64,000 bases of DNA from Pseudomonadota bacterium (GCA_963205115.1 CAUJHV010000045.1:72259-136258); one strand, 5' to 3'; shown: positions 9,726 to 19,215, counted from the stretch's first letter. Notes: generated by a model not told the origin, from the sequence alone. Numbers and translations: made by a program.

Positions 9726-11741
9726 TCAAACCGCCAGCGTGCGCGTATCGATGTGGAAGACGCGGCCCGTGAGCCGTTCGACCTCGGCCTTCATGTGCGC
9801 GGTGCCGCCCGGGCCGTCGGAGCCGCCGCCGTCCCACAGCAGCACGCAGCGCACCTTGTCGATGCCCAGCGCCAGCGCGCTCTTCTGCAGCCACAGGTTG
9901 CAGCGCTCGTAGGGGCTGACGTCCTTGGGCGCCGGGCCCAGCGCCTCGGGCATCTCGCGCATCGGCTCGCTCAGTTTGGCCTGCACGGCGAAGAAGCGGT
10001 CGCGCCAGGCATGGCCGTTGGCCGATCGCACGACGGATTGGCGCAGGAAATCCGGCTCTTCGAACGGCAGCAGCACCTGGCAGCGCACGCCGCGGCGCTG
10101 GCAGGCTTCCAGGAACAGCAGGTCGCCGCCGGCCGCGGCCTGGCACAGCGCGACATCGGCCGGCCCCGCGTCCAGCTGCGCCAGCACGGCTTCGATGGCC
10201 GCCGCCGCTGCCGGCTCCATGGCCGGCGGAAAGCGCGGCGTCGGGCGGTCCGGCGCGTCCATCATGTGGCCGCTGAACAGCAGCACCTGCCGCGGCGGCG
10301 TGCGCTGGTCGGGGCGTTCGCGGTGATCGAGTTCGCTGCCGACCACATCCAGGGCTGCGCGCACCGCGTCCGGTCGGAAGTTCAGGTCGGCCAGCAGCTG
10401 GAGCTGGCTGCGCGTGGAGTCCAGCGAGAACCAGTCGAGGTCCTGCACGGCGCAGGCCCGCTTGTAGGCGCGCCGCACGAGCTCGGGCTCGCTGTCCAGC
10501 ACCGCCAGGTCGGCCAGCGTGACCTTGGCCCAGTACATCGCGCTGCTCTTCTTTTCACTGTCGGCCGCAAAGCGCACGGCGCCGGCCATCAGCTGCGTAT
10601 CGCGCTCGCGGGCCTCGGGCGTGCTGCGTTCGTCCTCCACCGCCAGGTGGCGCGCCAGCTGCATCAAGGTGACGGCGTTGATGCCGGAAAAATAGTGGCC
10701 CGGCGACTGCCGGAAGGCGGCACGGTAACTGTCGGCGGCGGCCAGCAGCAGCTCGCTGCCGTCCAGCGCGTCGCTGCGCATCTGGTCCACCGTGCGGCCG
10801 GCCTTGCGCCAGCGGTCCGTCCAGTCGCGCTTGCACACACGGCCCAGCAGGCTGCGGGTTTCGGTGTCTTCCGGGTGGCGCTCGAGGATCTGCTCGTAGT
10901 GCGCCCGGGCACGCGCCAGGCTCATGCCGCTGCCGGGCTTCAGCGACAGGCGCTCGATGCAGATGCCCTTTTCGCGCAGCGTATCGAGGCGGCCGGGCTC
11001 CACGTCCAGCGCGCGGTCCAGGTAGTCCAGGGCCAGCGTGTACTGGTCGGCCTTGCGCAGCGCCGCGCCCGCGGTGTGCCAGGCGTCGGCCCGCAGCGCG
11101 GTCACCGGCGCTTCTTCGGCCAGGACCAGCAGGTCGCCGATGCGGCCTTCCGACAGCGCCAGTTTCAGGCTGCGTTCCCAAGCGTCGTGCGTGGCCCAGA
11201 ACGGCGCCGGCGGGTCGGCGCGGAAGCTGCGCCAGTCGGGCTCGCTCAGGCCGGGCATCAGGCTGTAGACCGGGCTGACCTTGCGCTCGGGCGCGGCATC
11301 CATGGTGGCGCGAATCGCCTCGGCCAGCGCGTGGCGGTCGGCCTCCAGCGTGGCCGGGTCGGGCAGGCCCCCGGCCAGGCCGTAGCGCAGCTTGCGGTCG
11401 GTGTAGATGTCGAAGGCCTTGGGCGACGCGCCGCCCGAAATCAGCACCACGCCACGCGCGCGCAGCGCGTGCCGCACGCCCAGCTCGTACCAGACGTTGG
11501 GGTTGTCGATGGTGAGGTCGGCCACGACCAGGTCCGCCATCAGCAGTTCTTCGAACATGTCGGTGCGGATGTCGCCGGCACGCTGCTCCTGGTCGGCCCG
11601 CCAGGCGCTCAGGCCCGCCTCTTCGATGGCCGGCGCGATCAATACCTTGTAGATGGTGTTGAAGTCGATCGGCGTGCCATCGGGTCCTTTTTTGTCGGAC
11701 CCGAAAGGCATGGCCACGAAGGCGTGCGGGCGGATGCTCAT
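9726..11741 (-). CDS. Multidomain protein: N-terminal nucleoside-deoxyribosyltransferase/deoxyribohydrolase-like domain, TPR region (DUF4071/ASK TRAF-binding-like), C-terminal SLOG-like domain
   Basis: N-term AFVAMPF...ADLVVADLTIDNPNVWYELGVRHA; TPR helices with LLGRVCK, YFSGINAVTL, YWAKVTLAD; C-term LFSGHMMD, AAGGDLLFLEA, VLLPF, LLWDG..GPGGTAHM. Confidence 0.75.
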   Translation of the reverse strand: MSIRPHAFVAMPFGSDKKGPDGTPIDFNTIYKVLIAPAIEEAGLSAWRADQEQRAGDIRTDMFEELLMADLVVADLTIDNPNVWYELGVRHALRARGVVLISGGASPKAFDIYTDRKLRYGLAGGLPDPATLEADRHALAEAIRATMDAAPERKVSPVYSLMPGLSEPDWRSFRADPPAPFWATHDAWERSLKLALSEGRIGDLLVLAEEAPVTALRADAWHTAGAALRKADQYTLALDYLDRALDVEPGRLDTLREKGICIERLSLKPGSGMSLARARAHYEQILERHPEDTETRSLLGRVCKRDWTDRWRKAGRTVDQMRSDALDGSELLLAAADSYRAAFRQSPGHYFSGINAVTLMQLARHLAVEDERSTPEARERDTQLMAGAVRFAADSEKKSSAMYWAKVTLADLAVLDSEPELVRRAYKRACAVQDLDWFSLDSTRSQLQLLADLNFRPDAVRAALDVVGSELDHRERPDQRTPPRQVLLFSGHMMDAPDRPTPRFPPAMEPAAAAAIEAVLAQLDAGPADVALCQAAAGGDLLFLEACQRRGVRCQVLLPFEEPDFLRQSVVRSANGHAWRDRFFAVQAKLSEPMREMPEALGPAPKDVSPYERCNLWLQKSALALGIDKVRCVLLWDGGGSDGPGGTAHMKAEVERLTGRVFHIDTRTLAV

Positions 11742-11760
11742 GGCGCAAGCTCGTTGGGCA

Positions 11761-12648
11761 TCACGTGCTGCGTTTCTTGGCCGCAGCATGCTGCGGCGTG
11801 GAGGGCTGGGCGGCAGACTTGCGCGGCGCGGCTTTCTTCGCCGCTGCGCTCTTGGGTGCGGCGGCGGCCTTCTTCGTCGCGGCCTTCTTCGGTGCGGCGG
11901 CGGCTTTCTTCGCAGGTGCCTTGGCCGTTGCCGCCGATTTCTTGGCGGCCGCCTTTTTCACCGGCGCTGCGGCTGGGGCGGTCTTTCTCGCAGGCGCATT
12001 TGGTGCGGCTGCCTTTGTCGCGGCGGCCTTGCCAGCCGCCGCCTTGCGCGCCGCGGGCTTGCGCGTCGCGGGCGTTGCCGGCGGCGTGTCGGCCGGTGCA
12101 GTCGTCTGCGGCTCGTCGCCCGACTCGACATACGCCTCGCGCAGCACGGCCGAGCGGGTCACCACGTCACGCATCGCCAGCGCTTCTTCAGCCGTGACAC
12201 GGGGGTAGTCCGTCGGCTTGCCGCGGGCATCGAATCGCGCCACGCGGATCTCGCCGCGGTTCTTGCCCGCGGCGTGCGACACATGCACCCACTTGACCGT
12301 GGCGTTCTGCGCTTCGTAGATCAGCTGGTCGAAGGGCAGGCCGGCGCGGATGGCGGTCTGGAAGAGCTGCAGCGCCGACATCTTCGTGGCCTGCAGATCA
12401 GCGGCCTGGCCCAGGCTGTGCTGGCTGGTGGCCGAGCCGCCCACGCGTGCGTTCAGGGCCGGTCCGCGGTAGCCGGAGGTCACACGCAGCGCGCACTGCG
12501 CGGCTTCGCGCAGGGGGTCGAGAACATTCTTGGCCAGCGTGCGCAACTGTTCGATCTGGTCGGGCGACGGCTGGTTCGCAATGCCCTCGCGCTTGGCGGT
12601 ATCGGAGTGCGTGAGCTCTTCGAGGCTGAAGAAGGCGGACAGATTCAT
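11761..12648 (-). CDS. Peptidase M15A (D-Ala-D-Ala carboxypeptidase-family metallohydrolase) with Ala/Lys/Pro-rich C-terminal tail
   Basis: FSLEELTHS, TSGYR, SQHSLGQAAD (HxxxxxxD), WVHVS; tail of KKAAA/PAKK-type repeats. Confidence 0.85.
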   Translation of the reverse strand: MNLSAFFSLEELTHSDTAKREGIANQPSPDQIEQLRTLAKNVLDPLREAAQCALRVTSGYRGPALNARVGGSATSQHSLGQAADLQATKMSALQLFQTAIRAGLPFDQLIYEAQNATVKWVHVSHAAGKNRGEIRVARFDARGKPTDYPRVTAEEALAMRDVVTRSAVLREAYVESGDEPQTTAPADTPPATPATRKPAARKAAAGKAAATKAAAPNAPARKTAPAAAPVKKAAAKKSAATAKAPAKKAAAAPKKAATKKAAAAPKSAAAKKAAPRKSAAQPSTPQHAAAKKRST

Positions 12649-12824
12649 GGGTTCTCCTGGGCTGTCGTGGCTTGTTGCAGCGTGTGGTGCGCTCGACCGC
12701 GTGGCGGCCATGGTGATGTAGCACAGAGGCCTGCGGCGAACAAGCAAATGCGGGCCGGTTCGTCGTGCAGGCGAGGGAGGCCGCTCGCGTGCGGCGTTGC
12801 TCGGACGCTCAGGCGCTCAGACGC

Positions 12825-13265
12825 TCAATCGGTATGGGGCTCGAAGGCCCGCAGCAGCGCACGCAAGGGCTCCTGCAGCGCGTTCGCGGAGCGCACGCCG
12901 AGCTCCCGCAGGCGATCGCGCTGGTAGGCATCGGCGGCCTCGAGCAGCGGCTCCACCTTGCGGCGGCCGGCGTCGGTGAGCACGACGGGTGCGCGGCGCG
13001 CGTCGGCGTTGTCGACGTCGCGTGTGACCCAGCCCTGGGCCTCCAGGCGTGCGAGGGCCTTGGTCAGCGTGGGTTGCTTGGCCAGCACCTCCAGCGCGAG
13101 CTGACCCACGGGCAGCGGCGGGCTGTCGGCCAACGTGGCCAGCACCCGCCACTCGAGCGAATTGAGCCCCGCTGCACGCACGACGGGCTCGAAGCCGCGC
13201 CACAGCGCGTGGCTGGCGCGGGCCAGCAGGTAAGGCAGGTGGCGGTGGACAAAACGTTCGTTCAC
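12825..13265 (-). CDS. MarR family transcriptional regulator
   Basis: LPYLLARAS, EWRVLATL, QPTLTKALARLEAQGWVTR, DARR..VVLTDAGR. Confidence 0.9.
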   Translation of the reverse strand: MNERFVHRHLPYLLARASHALWRGFEPVVRAAGLNSLEWRVLATLADSPPLPVGQLALEVLAKQPTLTKALARLEAQGWVTRDVDNADARRAPVVLTDAGRRKVEPLLEAADAYQRDRLRELGVRSANALQEPLRALLRAFEPHTD

Positions 13266-13389
13266 TTCAAGGTCCCTGCAACGTCACCCGCACACAATCG
13301 GTCGCCAGGCCGAATGGCCGGACGACGCCGCCACCGTGGGTCCTGCGCGACTGTGCGCATCTTCGGGTCGCCCCGGCTGGTCGAATCGA

Positions 13390-13401
13390 ATGAATTTTCA
13401 T
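13390..13401. promoter_or_regulatory. Candidate MarR operator next to a TACATT -10-like box
   Basis: Imperfect AT-rich palindrome ATGAATTTTCAT in the divergent marR/flavin-reductase intergenic region. Confidence 0.4.
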
Positions 13402-13415
13402 ACATTGCAACTGCC

Positions 13416-13904
13416 ATGGACATCCCGATCGACCCCAAAACCCTGCGACACACGCTGGGACGCTACGCGACCGGGGTGACCATCGTCACCTGCCGCGATG
13501 CCCACGGCGAGCCGGTCGGCCTGACCTGCAATTCCTTCGGCTCGCTGTCGCTGGACCCGCCGCTGGTGCTGTGGTCGCTGCGTTCGGCCAGCCCCAGCAT
13601 GCCGGCCTTCCTGGCGGCCGGGCACTTTGCGGTGAACGTGCTGGCCGATGCGCAGGTGGAGTTGTCGCGCCGCTTCGCCTCGCCCGTGGCCGACAAGTTT
13701 GCCGAAGGCCAGTGGGCCGACGGCGCAGGCGGCGCACCGGTGCTGGCCGGTTGCGCGGCCGTCATCGAGTGCGCGCGTTTCGACGCACGCCCTGTCGGCG
13801 ACCACTGGCTGTTCGTCGGGCGTGTGCTGTCGCTGCAGGAAGCGCCGCTGGCGCCGCTGGTCTTCCAGGCCGGCCACTACCACCTGCTGGGAGAAATCAT
13901 TTGA
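13416..13904 (+). CDS. Flavin reductase family protein (HpaC/RutF-like)
   Basis: LGRYATGVTIVT, NSFGSLSLDPPLVLWS, GDHWLFVGRV. Confidence 0.92.
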   Translation: MDIPIDPKTLRHTLGRYATGVTIVTCRDAHGEPVGLTCNSFGSLSLDPPLVLWSLRSASPSMPAFLAAGHFAVNVLADAQVELSRRFASPVADKFAEGQWADGAGGAPVLAGCAAVIECARFDARPVGDHWLFVGRVLSLQEAPLAPLVFQAGHYHLLGEII

Positions 13905-13926
13905 ACGCCTTGACGGGAGCCCGGCC

Positions 13927-14961
13927 ATGACGCCCGTGCGCATCGAAGCCAAGTGGATCGACCTGTTCGCGCGGGTCTTCAAGCTCAACGGCGTGCAGCC
14001 CGGCGAGGTCTGCGCCGTGCTGTCCGAGACCCAGACGCGTCCCGATCTGCCGCAACTGGCCGAACTGGGCCTGCTGCAGCTGGGCGCGCGGCCCTTCCAC
14101 CTGGTGCTGCCCGCTCGGCCGCTGAGCGCGCCAGTGCCCGTGCGCTCCACCGGCGCCAGCGACGCCATCGGCGGCCTGCAGCCCGTGGTGGCGGCACTGG
14201 CCGGCTGTGGCTTCATCGCCGATTGCACGGTCGAAGGCCTGCAGCACGCGGCGGAGCTGCCGGCCATCCTGAAGGGCGGCGCGCGGGTGCTGGCCGTGAG
14301 CCACGAACACCCGGAGACCCTGGAACGCACGGCCCCTCGCGCCGAGGATGAAGCGCCCGTGCGCGAGGCCATGCGCCGCCTGAAGGCCACCAAGGCCATG
14401 CGCGTGCACTCGGCCGCGGGCACGGACCTGCAGGTCTCGCTCGAAGGCGCGCGCGTGGGCGGCGTCTGGGGCTTCACGACGCGGCCCGGCTCGTTGTCGC
14501 ACTGGCCGGCGGGCCTGGTGCTGGCCTTCCCGGCGGCCGGCGCGGTGCGCGGCCGTCTGGTGCTGGACCGCGGCGACGTGAACCTCACCTTCAAGCGCTA
14601 CCTGCAGGACCGCGTGACATTGACCATAGAAGACGACCACGTCGTGTCGATCGATGGCGACAGCGTCGACGCCGACCTGATGCGTGGCTATTTCGAGGCC
14701 TGGGGCGACCGCTCGGCCTATGCCGTCTCGCACGTCGGCTGGGGCATGAACCGCGGCGCACGCTGGGACGCGATGACCTTTCACGACAAGGGCGATTTCA
14801 ACGGCACGGAGCTGCGCGCCTTCGCGGGCAACTTCCTGTATTCCACCGGCGCCAACGAAGTGGCCGGACGGCACACGCTGGGCCACTTCGATCTGCCGAT
14901 GCGCGGCTGCACGGTCACGCTGGACGGCACGCCCGTGGTCGACAACGGCCGGCTGCTTTGA
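13927..14961 (+). CDS. NicX-like (2,5-dihydroxypyridine 5,6-dioxygenase / M29-fold) protein
   Basis: YAVSHVGWG, ELRAFAGNFLYSTG, GHFDLPMR match the NicX Fe-ligand segments (His, His-x-Asp). Confidence 0.75.
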   Translation: MTPVRIEAKWIDLFARVFKLNGVQPGEVCAVLSETQTRPDLPQLAELGLLQLGARPFHLVLPARPLSAPVPVRSTGASDAIGGLQPVVAALAGCGFIADCTVEGLQHAAELPAILKGGARVLAVSHEHPETLERTAPRAEDEAPVREAMRRLKATKAMRVHSAAGTDLQVSLEGARVGGVWGFTTRPGSLSHWPAGLVLAFPAAGAVRGRLVLDRGDVNLTFKRYLQDRVTLTIEDDHVVSIDGDSVDADLMRGYFEAWGDRSAYAVSHVGWGMNRGARWDAMTFHDKGDFNGTELRAFAGNFLYSTGANEVAGRHTLGHFDLPMRGCTVTLDGTPVVDNGRLL

Positions 14962-15794
14962 CGCACACGCAGGACACCCTGGACATGCTGGCACACGACA
15001 TCTACGGCAGCGGGCCGCGCACGGTGGCGCTGCTGCACGGCGTGGGCGGCGGACGCCGCATCTGGAACGCCGATTGCGGCGGCACGGCGCAGACGCTGGC
15101 CGATGCCGGCTGGCGCGTGGTGGCCTTCGATCTGCCCGGCTACGGCGATTCGCCGCTGCCCGCCACGATGAGCACGGCCGTCATGGCCGCCGCGGTGGCC
15201 GATAGCCTGCGCGCGCTGGACGCCCGGCCCGCGGTCCTGCTGGGGCACAGCATGGGCGGCATGGTGGCGCAGGAACTGGCAGCCACCGACCCGGAAGCCG
15301 TGCAGGCGCTGATCCTGGCCTGCACGTCCCCGGCCTTCGGCAAGCCCGGCGGCGATTGGCAGCAGGGCTTCCTGCGCGACCGCCTGGCGCCGCTGGACGC
15401 GGGGCAGGGCATGGCCGCACTGGCGCAGCAGCTGGTGGCCGGCATGGTCTCGCCCCAGGCCACGCCGCAGGCCATCGCCCAGGGCGCTGGCGTGATGGCC
15501 CGCGTGCCCGAAGCCACCTACCGCGCGGCGCTGCAGGCCATCGTGAGCTTCGACCGCCGCGCCGCGCTGCCCGGCATCCGCGTGCCCACGCTGTGTCTGG
15601 CGGCCGAACACGACCGCACGGCGCCGCTGGCGGTGATGCAGCGCATGGCCGAGCACATTCCCGGCGCGCGAACGGCGCTGGTGCGCGGCGCGGGGCACCT
15701 GGCCAACATCGAACAGCCGGCGGCCTTCGCGTCGGCGGTCATCGCATTCCTGGACACGCTGGCGGCGCCCGACACGCCCGCGGCGCCCCGCTGA
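14958..15794 (+). CDS. Alpha/beta fold hydrolase
   Basis: LLHGVGG, DLPGYG, GHSMGG nucleophile elbow, GHLANIE. Confidence 0.9.
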   Translation: MTHTQDTLDMLAHDIYGSGPRTVALLHGVGGGRRIWNADCGGTAQTLADAGWRVVAFDLPGYGDSPLPATMSTAVMAAAVADSLRALDARPAVLLGHSMGGMVAQELAATDPEAVQALILACTSPAFGKPGGDWQQGFLRDRLAPLDAGQGMAALAQQLVAGMVSPQATPQAIAQGAGVMARVPEATYRAALQAIVSFDRRAALPGIRVPTLCLAAEHDRTAPLAVMQRMAEHIPGARTALVRGAGHLANIEQPAAFASAVIAFLDTLAAPDTPAAPR

Positions 15795-15823
15795 ACACAC
15801 CCTAGACGAGCACGAGGACACCC

Positions 15824-17074
15824 ATGGCTTATGTGCCTTCCCACATCGCCGGCAATGCACGCTGGCTGACCGACAAGCAGCGTGAGCTGATCGAACGTGC
15901 CAGTGTGCTGGGCCGCGAAAAGTTCGCGCCTCGCGCCGCCAAATTCGACCGCGAGGCCGTCTTCCCCTTCGAGAACTACGCCGATCTGCGCGAGGCCGGG
16001 CTGCTCGGCGTGTGCGTGCCCGAGGCCTACGGTGGCCTGGGCTGCGACTTCGCCACCTACGTGATGATCGCCGCCGAGATCGGCCGGCACTGCGGCACGA
16101 CAGCGCTGACCTGGAACATGCACGTCAGCTCGTCGATGTGGTCCGGCTTCATCGCCGATTCGCTGGAGATGACGCCCCAGCAGCGTGCCGACCACGAACG
16201 CTGCCGCGCCGTGCACTACGAGCGCATCGTGCAGCAGGGCAAGGTCTACGCGCAGTCCTTCTCCGAAGGCGGCAGCGCCGCGGCCGGCAAGGCGCCCTGG
16301 GGCACGGTGGCGCGCAAGGTCGACGGCGGCTACGTCGTCAACGGCAAGAAGATCTTCGCCTCGCTGGCGGGTGCCGCCGATGTCTACGGCGTGCTGTGCA
16401 CGCTGGACGTGCCGGGCGCCACGCAGCGCGATTCGATGTACCTGTCGATCCCGGCCGATTCGCCCGGCATCCGCGTCTACGGCGACTGGGACCCGCTGGG
16501 CATGCGCGGCACGGTCTCGCGCAACCTGGAGTTCAAGGAGGTCTTCGTCGGCGACGAGGCGCGCATGATGCCCGAGGGCCTGTATTTCCAGGCCGCCGTG
16601 CGCTACCCGCACATGTTTGCCACGCTGTCGCCCACCTACATGGGCCTGGCGCAGGCGGCCTACGATTTCACCGTGCAGTACCTGCGCGGCGAGGTACCGG
16701 GCATGCCGCCGGTGATGCGCCGCATGTACCCGACCAAGCAGGTCGCCGTGGCCGAGATGCGCGTGAAGCTCGAGCAGACGCGCGCGCTGTTCCTGCAGAA
16801 CGCGCGCGATGCGCAGGTCGACCCCGACCGCGACACGCGCATGCGCCTCTATGCCGCGCACTACACGATCATGGAGAACGCCAACGACCTGGCGCGTCTG
16901 GCCATCCGCACCTGCGGCGGGCAATCGATGCTGAAGTCGCTGCCGTTGGAACGCATCTACCGCGACTCGCGCTGCGGCGCGCTGATGCTGCCCTGGACGG
17001 CCGAGCTGTGCATCGACCGCCTGGGCCGCGAATGCCTGTACGAGCCGGGCGAGAAGGACGAGGTCATCGAATGA
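15824..17074 (+). CDS. Acyl-CoA dehydrogenase-family flavoprotein (possibly a monooxygenase component)
   Basis: VPEAYGGLG, WNMH, NGKKIFASLAG, WDPLGMRGTVS, LERIYRDSR. Confidence 0.88.
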   Translation: MAYVPSHIAGNARWLTDKQRELIERASVLGREKFAPRAAKFDREAVFPFENYADLREAGLLGVCVPEAYGGLGCDFATYVMIAAEIGRHCGTTALTWNMHVSSSMWSGFIADSLEMTPQQRADHERCRAVHYERIVQQGKVYAQSFSEGGSAAAGKAPWGTVARKVDGGYVVNGKKIFASLAGAADVYGVLCTLDVPGATQRDSMYLSIPADSPGIRVYGDWDPLGMRGTVSRNLEFKEVFVGDEARMMPEGLYFQAAVRYPHMFATLSPTYMGLAQAAYDFTVQYLRGEVPGMPPVMRRMYPTKQVAVAEMRVKLEQTRALFLQNARDAQVDPDRDTRMRLYAAHYTIMENANDLARLAIRTCGGQSMLKSLPLERIYRDSRCGALMLPWTAELCIDRLGRECLYEPGEKDEVIE

Positions 17075-18537
17075 CGCAGGCGCCCGCCGGCGGTCTGGAT
17101 GCCGCCTGGCGCCGCCTGCGGGATACGGATCCCCAAGCGCTGGCCATCGACGGCGCCGAGCAGCGCCTGACACGCGCCGCGCTCGATGCACTCGTGGACG
17201 AGGAGGTGCACGCGCTGCGCGAGGCGGGCCTGGGCGCCACCGACATCGTCGCCTGGCTGGGCCTGAATACGCCACGCATGCTGGCCGCGCTGCTGGCCTG
17301 CGAGCGCGTCGGCGCGGTTTTCATGCCGCTGAACTGGCGGCTCGCCACCGACGAACTGCTGGCCTGCCTGCGCCACGCGGGTGCGGCTGCGCTGCGCGGC
17401 ACGCCGGAAATGGCGCCGGCGCGCGCCGCACTCCAATCCGCCTGGCACGCGGCCGGCGGCCCGCAGCGCGGTACGGCGATGCCCGGCGACTTGATGCTGG
17501 TTTACACCTCGGGCACGACAGGCGAGCCCAAGGGCGCCATGCACACGCCGGCCGGCATGGCGGCGAATGCCCGTGCGGCCATCGCCGTCCAGCAGTTCGA
17601 CGCCACGACCCGCACCTTGTGCGCGCTGCCGATGTTCCATGTCGGCGGCCTGTGCATCCAGCTGCTGCCCACCTTGCTGGCCGGCGGCGTGATTCGGATG
17701 CATGCCCGCTTCGAGCCCGGCGCCTGGCTCGCCGATGTCGCGGCCTGGTGTCCGACCACCAGCCTGCTGGTGCCGGCGACGATGCGCGCCATCATCGACC
17801 ACCCGGCCTGGGCCCCGACCGATCTGTCCAGCCTGCGCTTCGTCAACAGCGGCTCGTCCATCGTCCCGGTCGCGCTGATCGAGGCCTTCCACGCGCACGG
17901 CGTGCCCATCGCGCAGGTCTACGGATCGACCGAGACCGGCCCGTTCTCGATCGCGCAGGCGCTGGATGAGACGCTGGACCACGTGGGCAGCACGGGCGTG
18001 CCCGCGCCCGGCGTGCAGGTGCGGCTGGTGGACGAGCAGGGCGCGGACGTCGCGCCCGGCGAAGTCGGCGAACTCTGGATCCGCGGCGACAACCTGATGC
18101 GCGGCTACCACCGCGCGCCGATGCACCCGTCCTTCGTCGATGGCTGGTTCCATTCCGGTGATCTCGGCCGTCAGACAGCCGATGGCCGCTACGAGGTGGT
18201 CGGCCGCAGCAAGGACATGATCATCTCGGGCGGCGAGAACATCTACCCGGCCGAGATCGAAAACCTCGTCATCGGCGTGCCGGGCATCGCCGAGTGCGCC
18301 GTGGTCGGTGTGCCGGATGCGCGCTGGGGCGAGACGCCGGTGCTGGTGCTGGTGACGCGGCCGGACCAGCCGGTGACCGAGGCGGACGTGCGCGCGGCCT
18401 ACGAGCAACGCCTGGCGCGCTTCAAGCACCCGCGGCGGCTGGTGTTCATGGACACGCTGCCGAAGACGGCGCTGGGCAAGGTGCAGAAGCCTGCGCTGGT
18501 GCGCGTGCTGGTGGGGTCGCCGCAGGCGATGGACTGA
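17071..18537 (+). CDS. AMP-binding acyl-CoA synthetase
   Basis: YTSGTTGEPKG, YGSTE, FHSGDLG, GRSKDMIISGGENIYP, PKTALGK; ATGA overlap. Confidence 0.92.
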   Translation: MTQAPAGGLDAAWRRLRDTDPQALAIDGAEQRLTRAALDALVDEEVHALREAGLGATDIVAWLGLNTPRMLAALLACERVGAVFMPLNWRLATDELLACLRHAGAAALRGTPEMAPARAALQSAWHAAGGPQRGTAMPGDLMLVYTSGTTGEPKGAMHTPAGMAANARAAIAVQQFDATTRTLCALPMFHVGGLCIQLLPTLLAGGVIRMHARFEPGAWLADVAAWCPTTSLLVPATMRAIIDHPAWAPTDLSSLRFVNSGSSIVPVALIEAFHAHGVPIAQVYGSTETGPFSIAQALDETLDHVGSTGVPAPGVQVRLVDEQGADVAPGEVGELWIRGDNLMRGYHRAPMHPSFVDGWFHSGDLGRQTADGRYEVVGRSKDMIISGGENIYPAEIENLVIGVPGIAECAVVGVPDARWGETPVLVLVTRPDQPVTEADVRAAYEQRLARFKHPRRLVFMDTLPKTALGKVQKPALVRVLVGSPQAMD

Positions 18538-18585
18538 TCGCGCGTCGCGGCCCGCTCGCGGCAGCCGGGTCGTCGCGGCGCGATC
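18536..18585. terminator. Hairpin between convergent genes
   Basis: GATCGCGC...GCGCGATC arms enclosing a GC-rich imperfect stem. Confidence 0.4.
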
Positions 18586-18593
18586 ACCGCTTC

Positions 18594-19136
18594 TCAGTTC
18601 AGCGTCGTGGGCGGCGTGCCGGTGGCGGTGGAGCCGGGCACGGGTGTCGGCGCCGCCGGCACCGACAGCCACTCCGAGGCACCCAGCGCCTGTTCCACCA
18701 GCCGCAGCAGCGCCGTGGCCAGATCGGCCGTCAGGTGCATTTCCAACCCGCGGCCGCCGGTCTCGCGGATCTTGATGTGGATGCCCTTGGGCTGCGCCAC
18801 GGGCACGAGGTCGATGAGGTCCGGCAGCAGCGGCTCCGGCCCCAGCGGCTGGCTCACGGGCTGTGGATCGAAGGGCGACTTGAAATCGGCAGATGGCAGC
18901 GGACGCTGGCGGGCCGCGTCGACCAGCATCTCGCGCGCCGCGGGTGTCAAGGTGGGCTGCGCGGCCACGGTCTGCACGCTGGCCTGGCCGACCAGGTTCT
19001 GGTACGGCGTCCACAGCCGCAGCGTCAGGCGCCGGGTGAGCCACACCGCATAGATGTCGCCGGCGCGCGTGCGCAGCTTCCACAACAGGCGGTCGGCCCG
19101 CGCGTCGTAGCTCAGCTGCATCTGGTGGATGTCCAT
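18594..19136 (-). CDS. Conserved hypothetical protein
   Basis: Host-like codon usage; IHQMQLSYDARADRLL N-terminus; TAGAAT 7 nt upstream of ATG. Confidence 0.7.
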   Translation of the reverse strand: MDIHQMQLSYDARADRLLWKLRTRAGDIYAVWLTRRLTLRLWTPYQNLVGQASVQTVAAQPTLTPAAREMLVDAARQRPLPSADFKSPFDPQPVSQPLGPEPLLPDLIDLVPVAQPKGIHIKIRETGGRGLEMHLTADLATALLRLVEQALGASEWLSVPAAPTPVPGSTATGTPPTTLN

Positions 19137-19215
19137 GCGGGCGATTCTAGGAAGCGCTGGGAATCGGGCGGGCAGCTGCTGAACAGGAAACGGCGGGCGA
19201 GGCTGGGATCAAGCC

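Noticed and set aside
11765-12208. Plus-strand Ala/Phe-rich 'membrane protein' ORF
   Set aside because: Antisense mirror of the Lys/Ala-rich tail of the M15A gene
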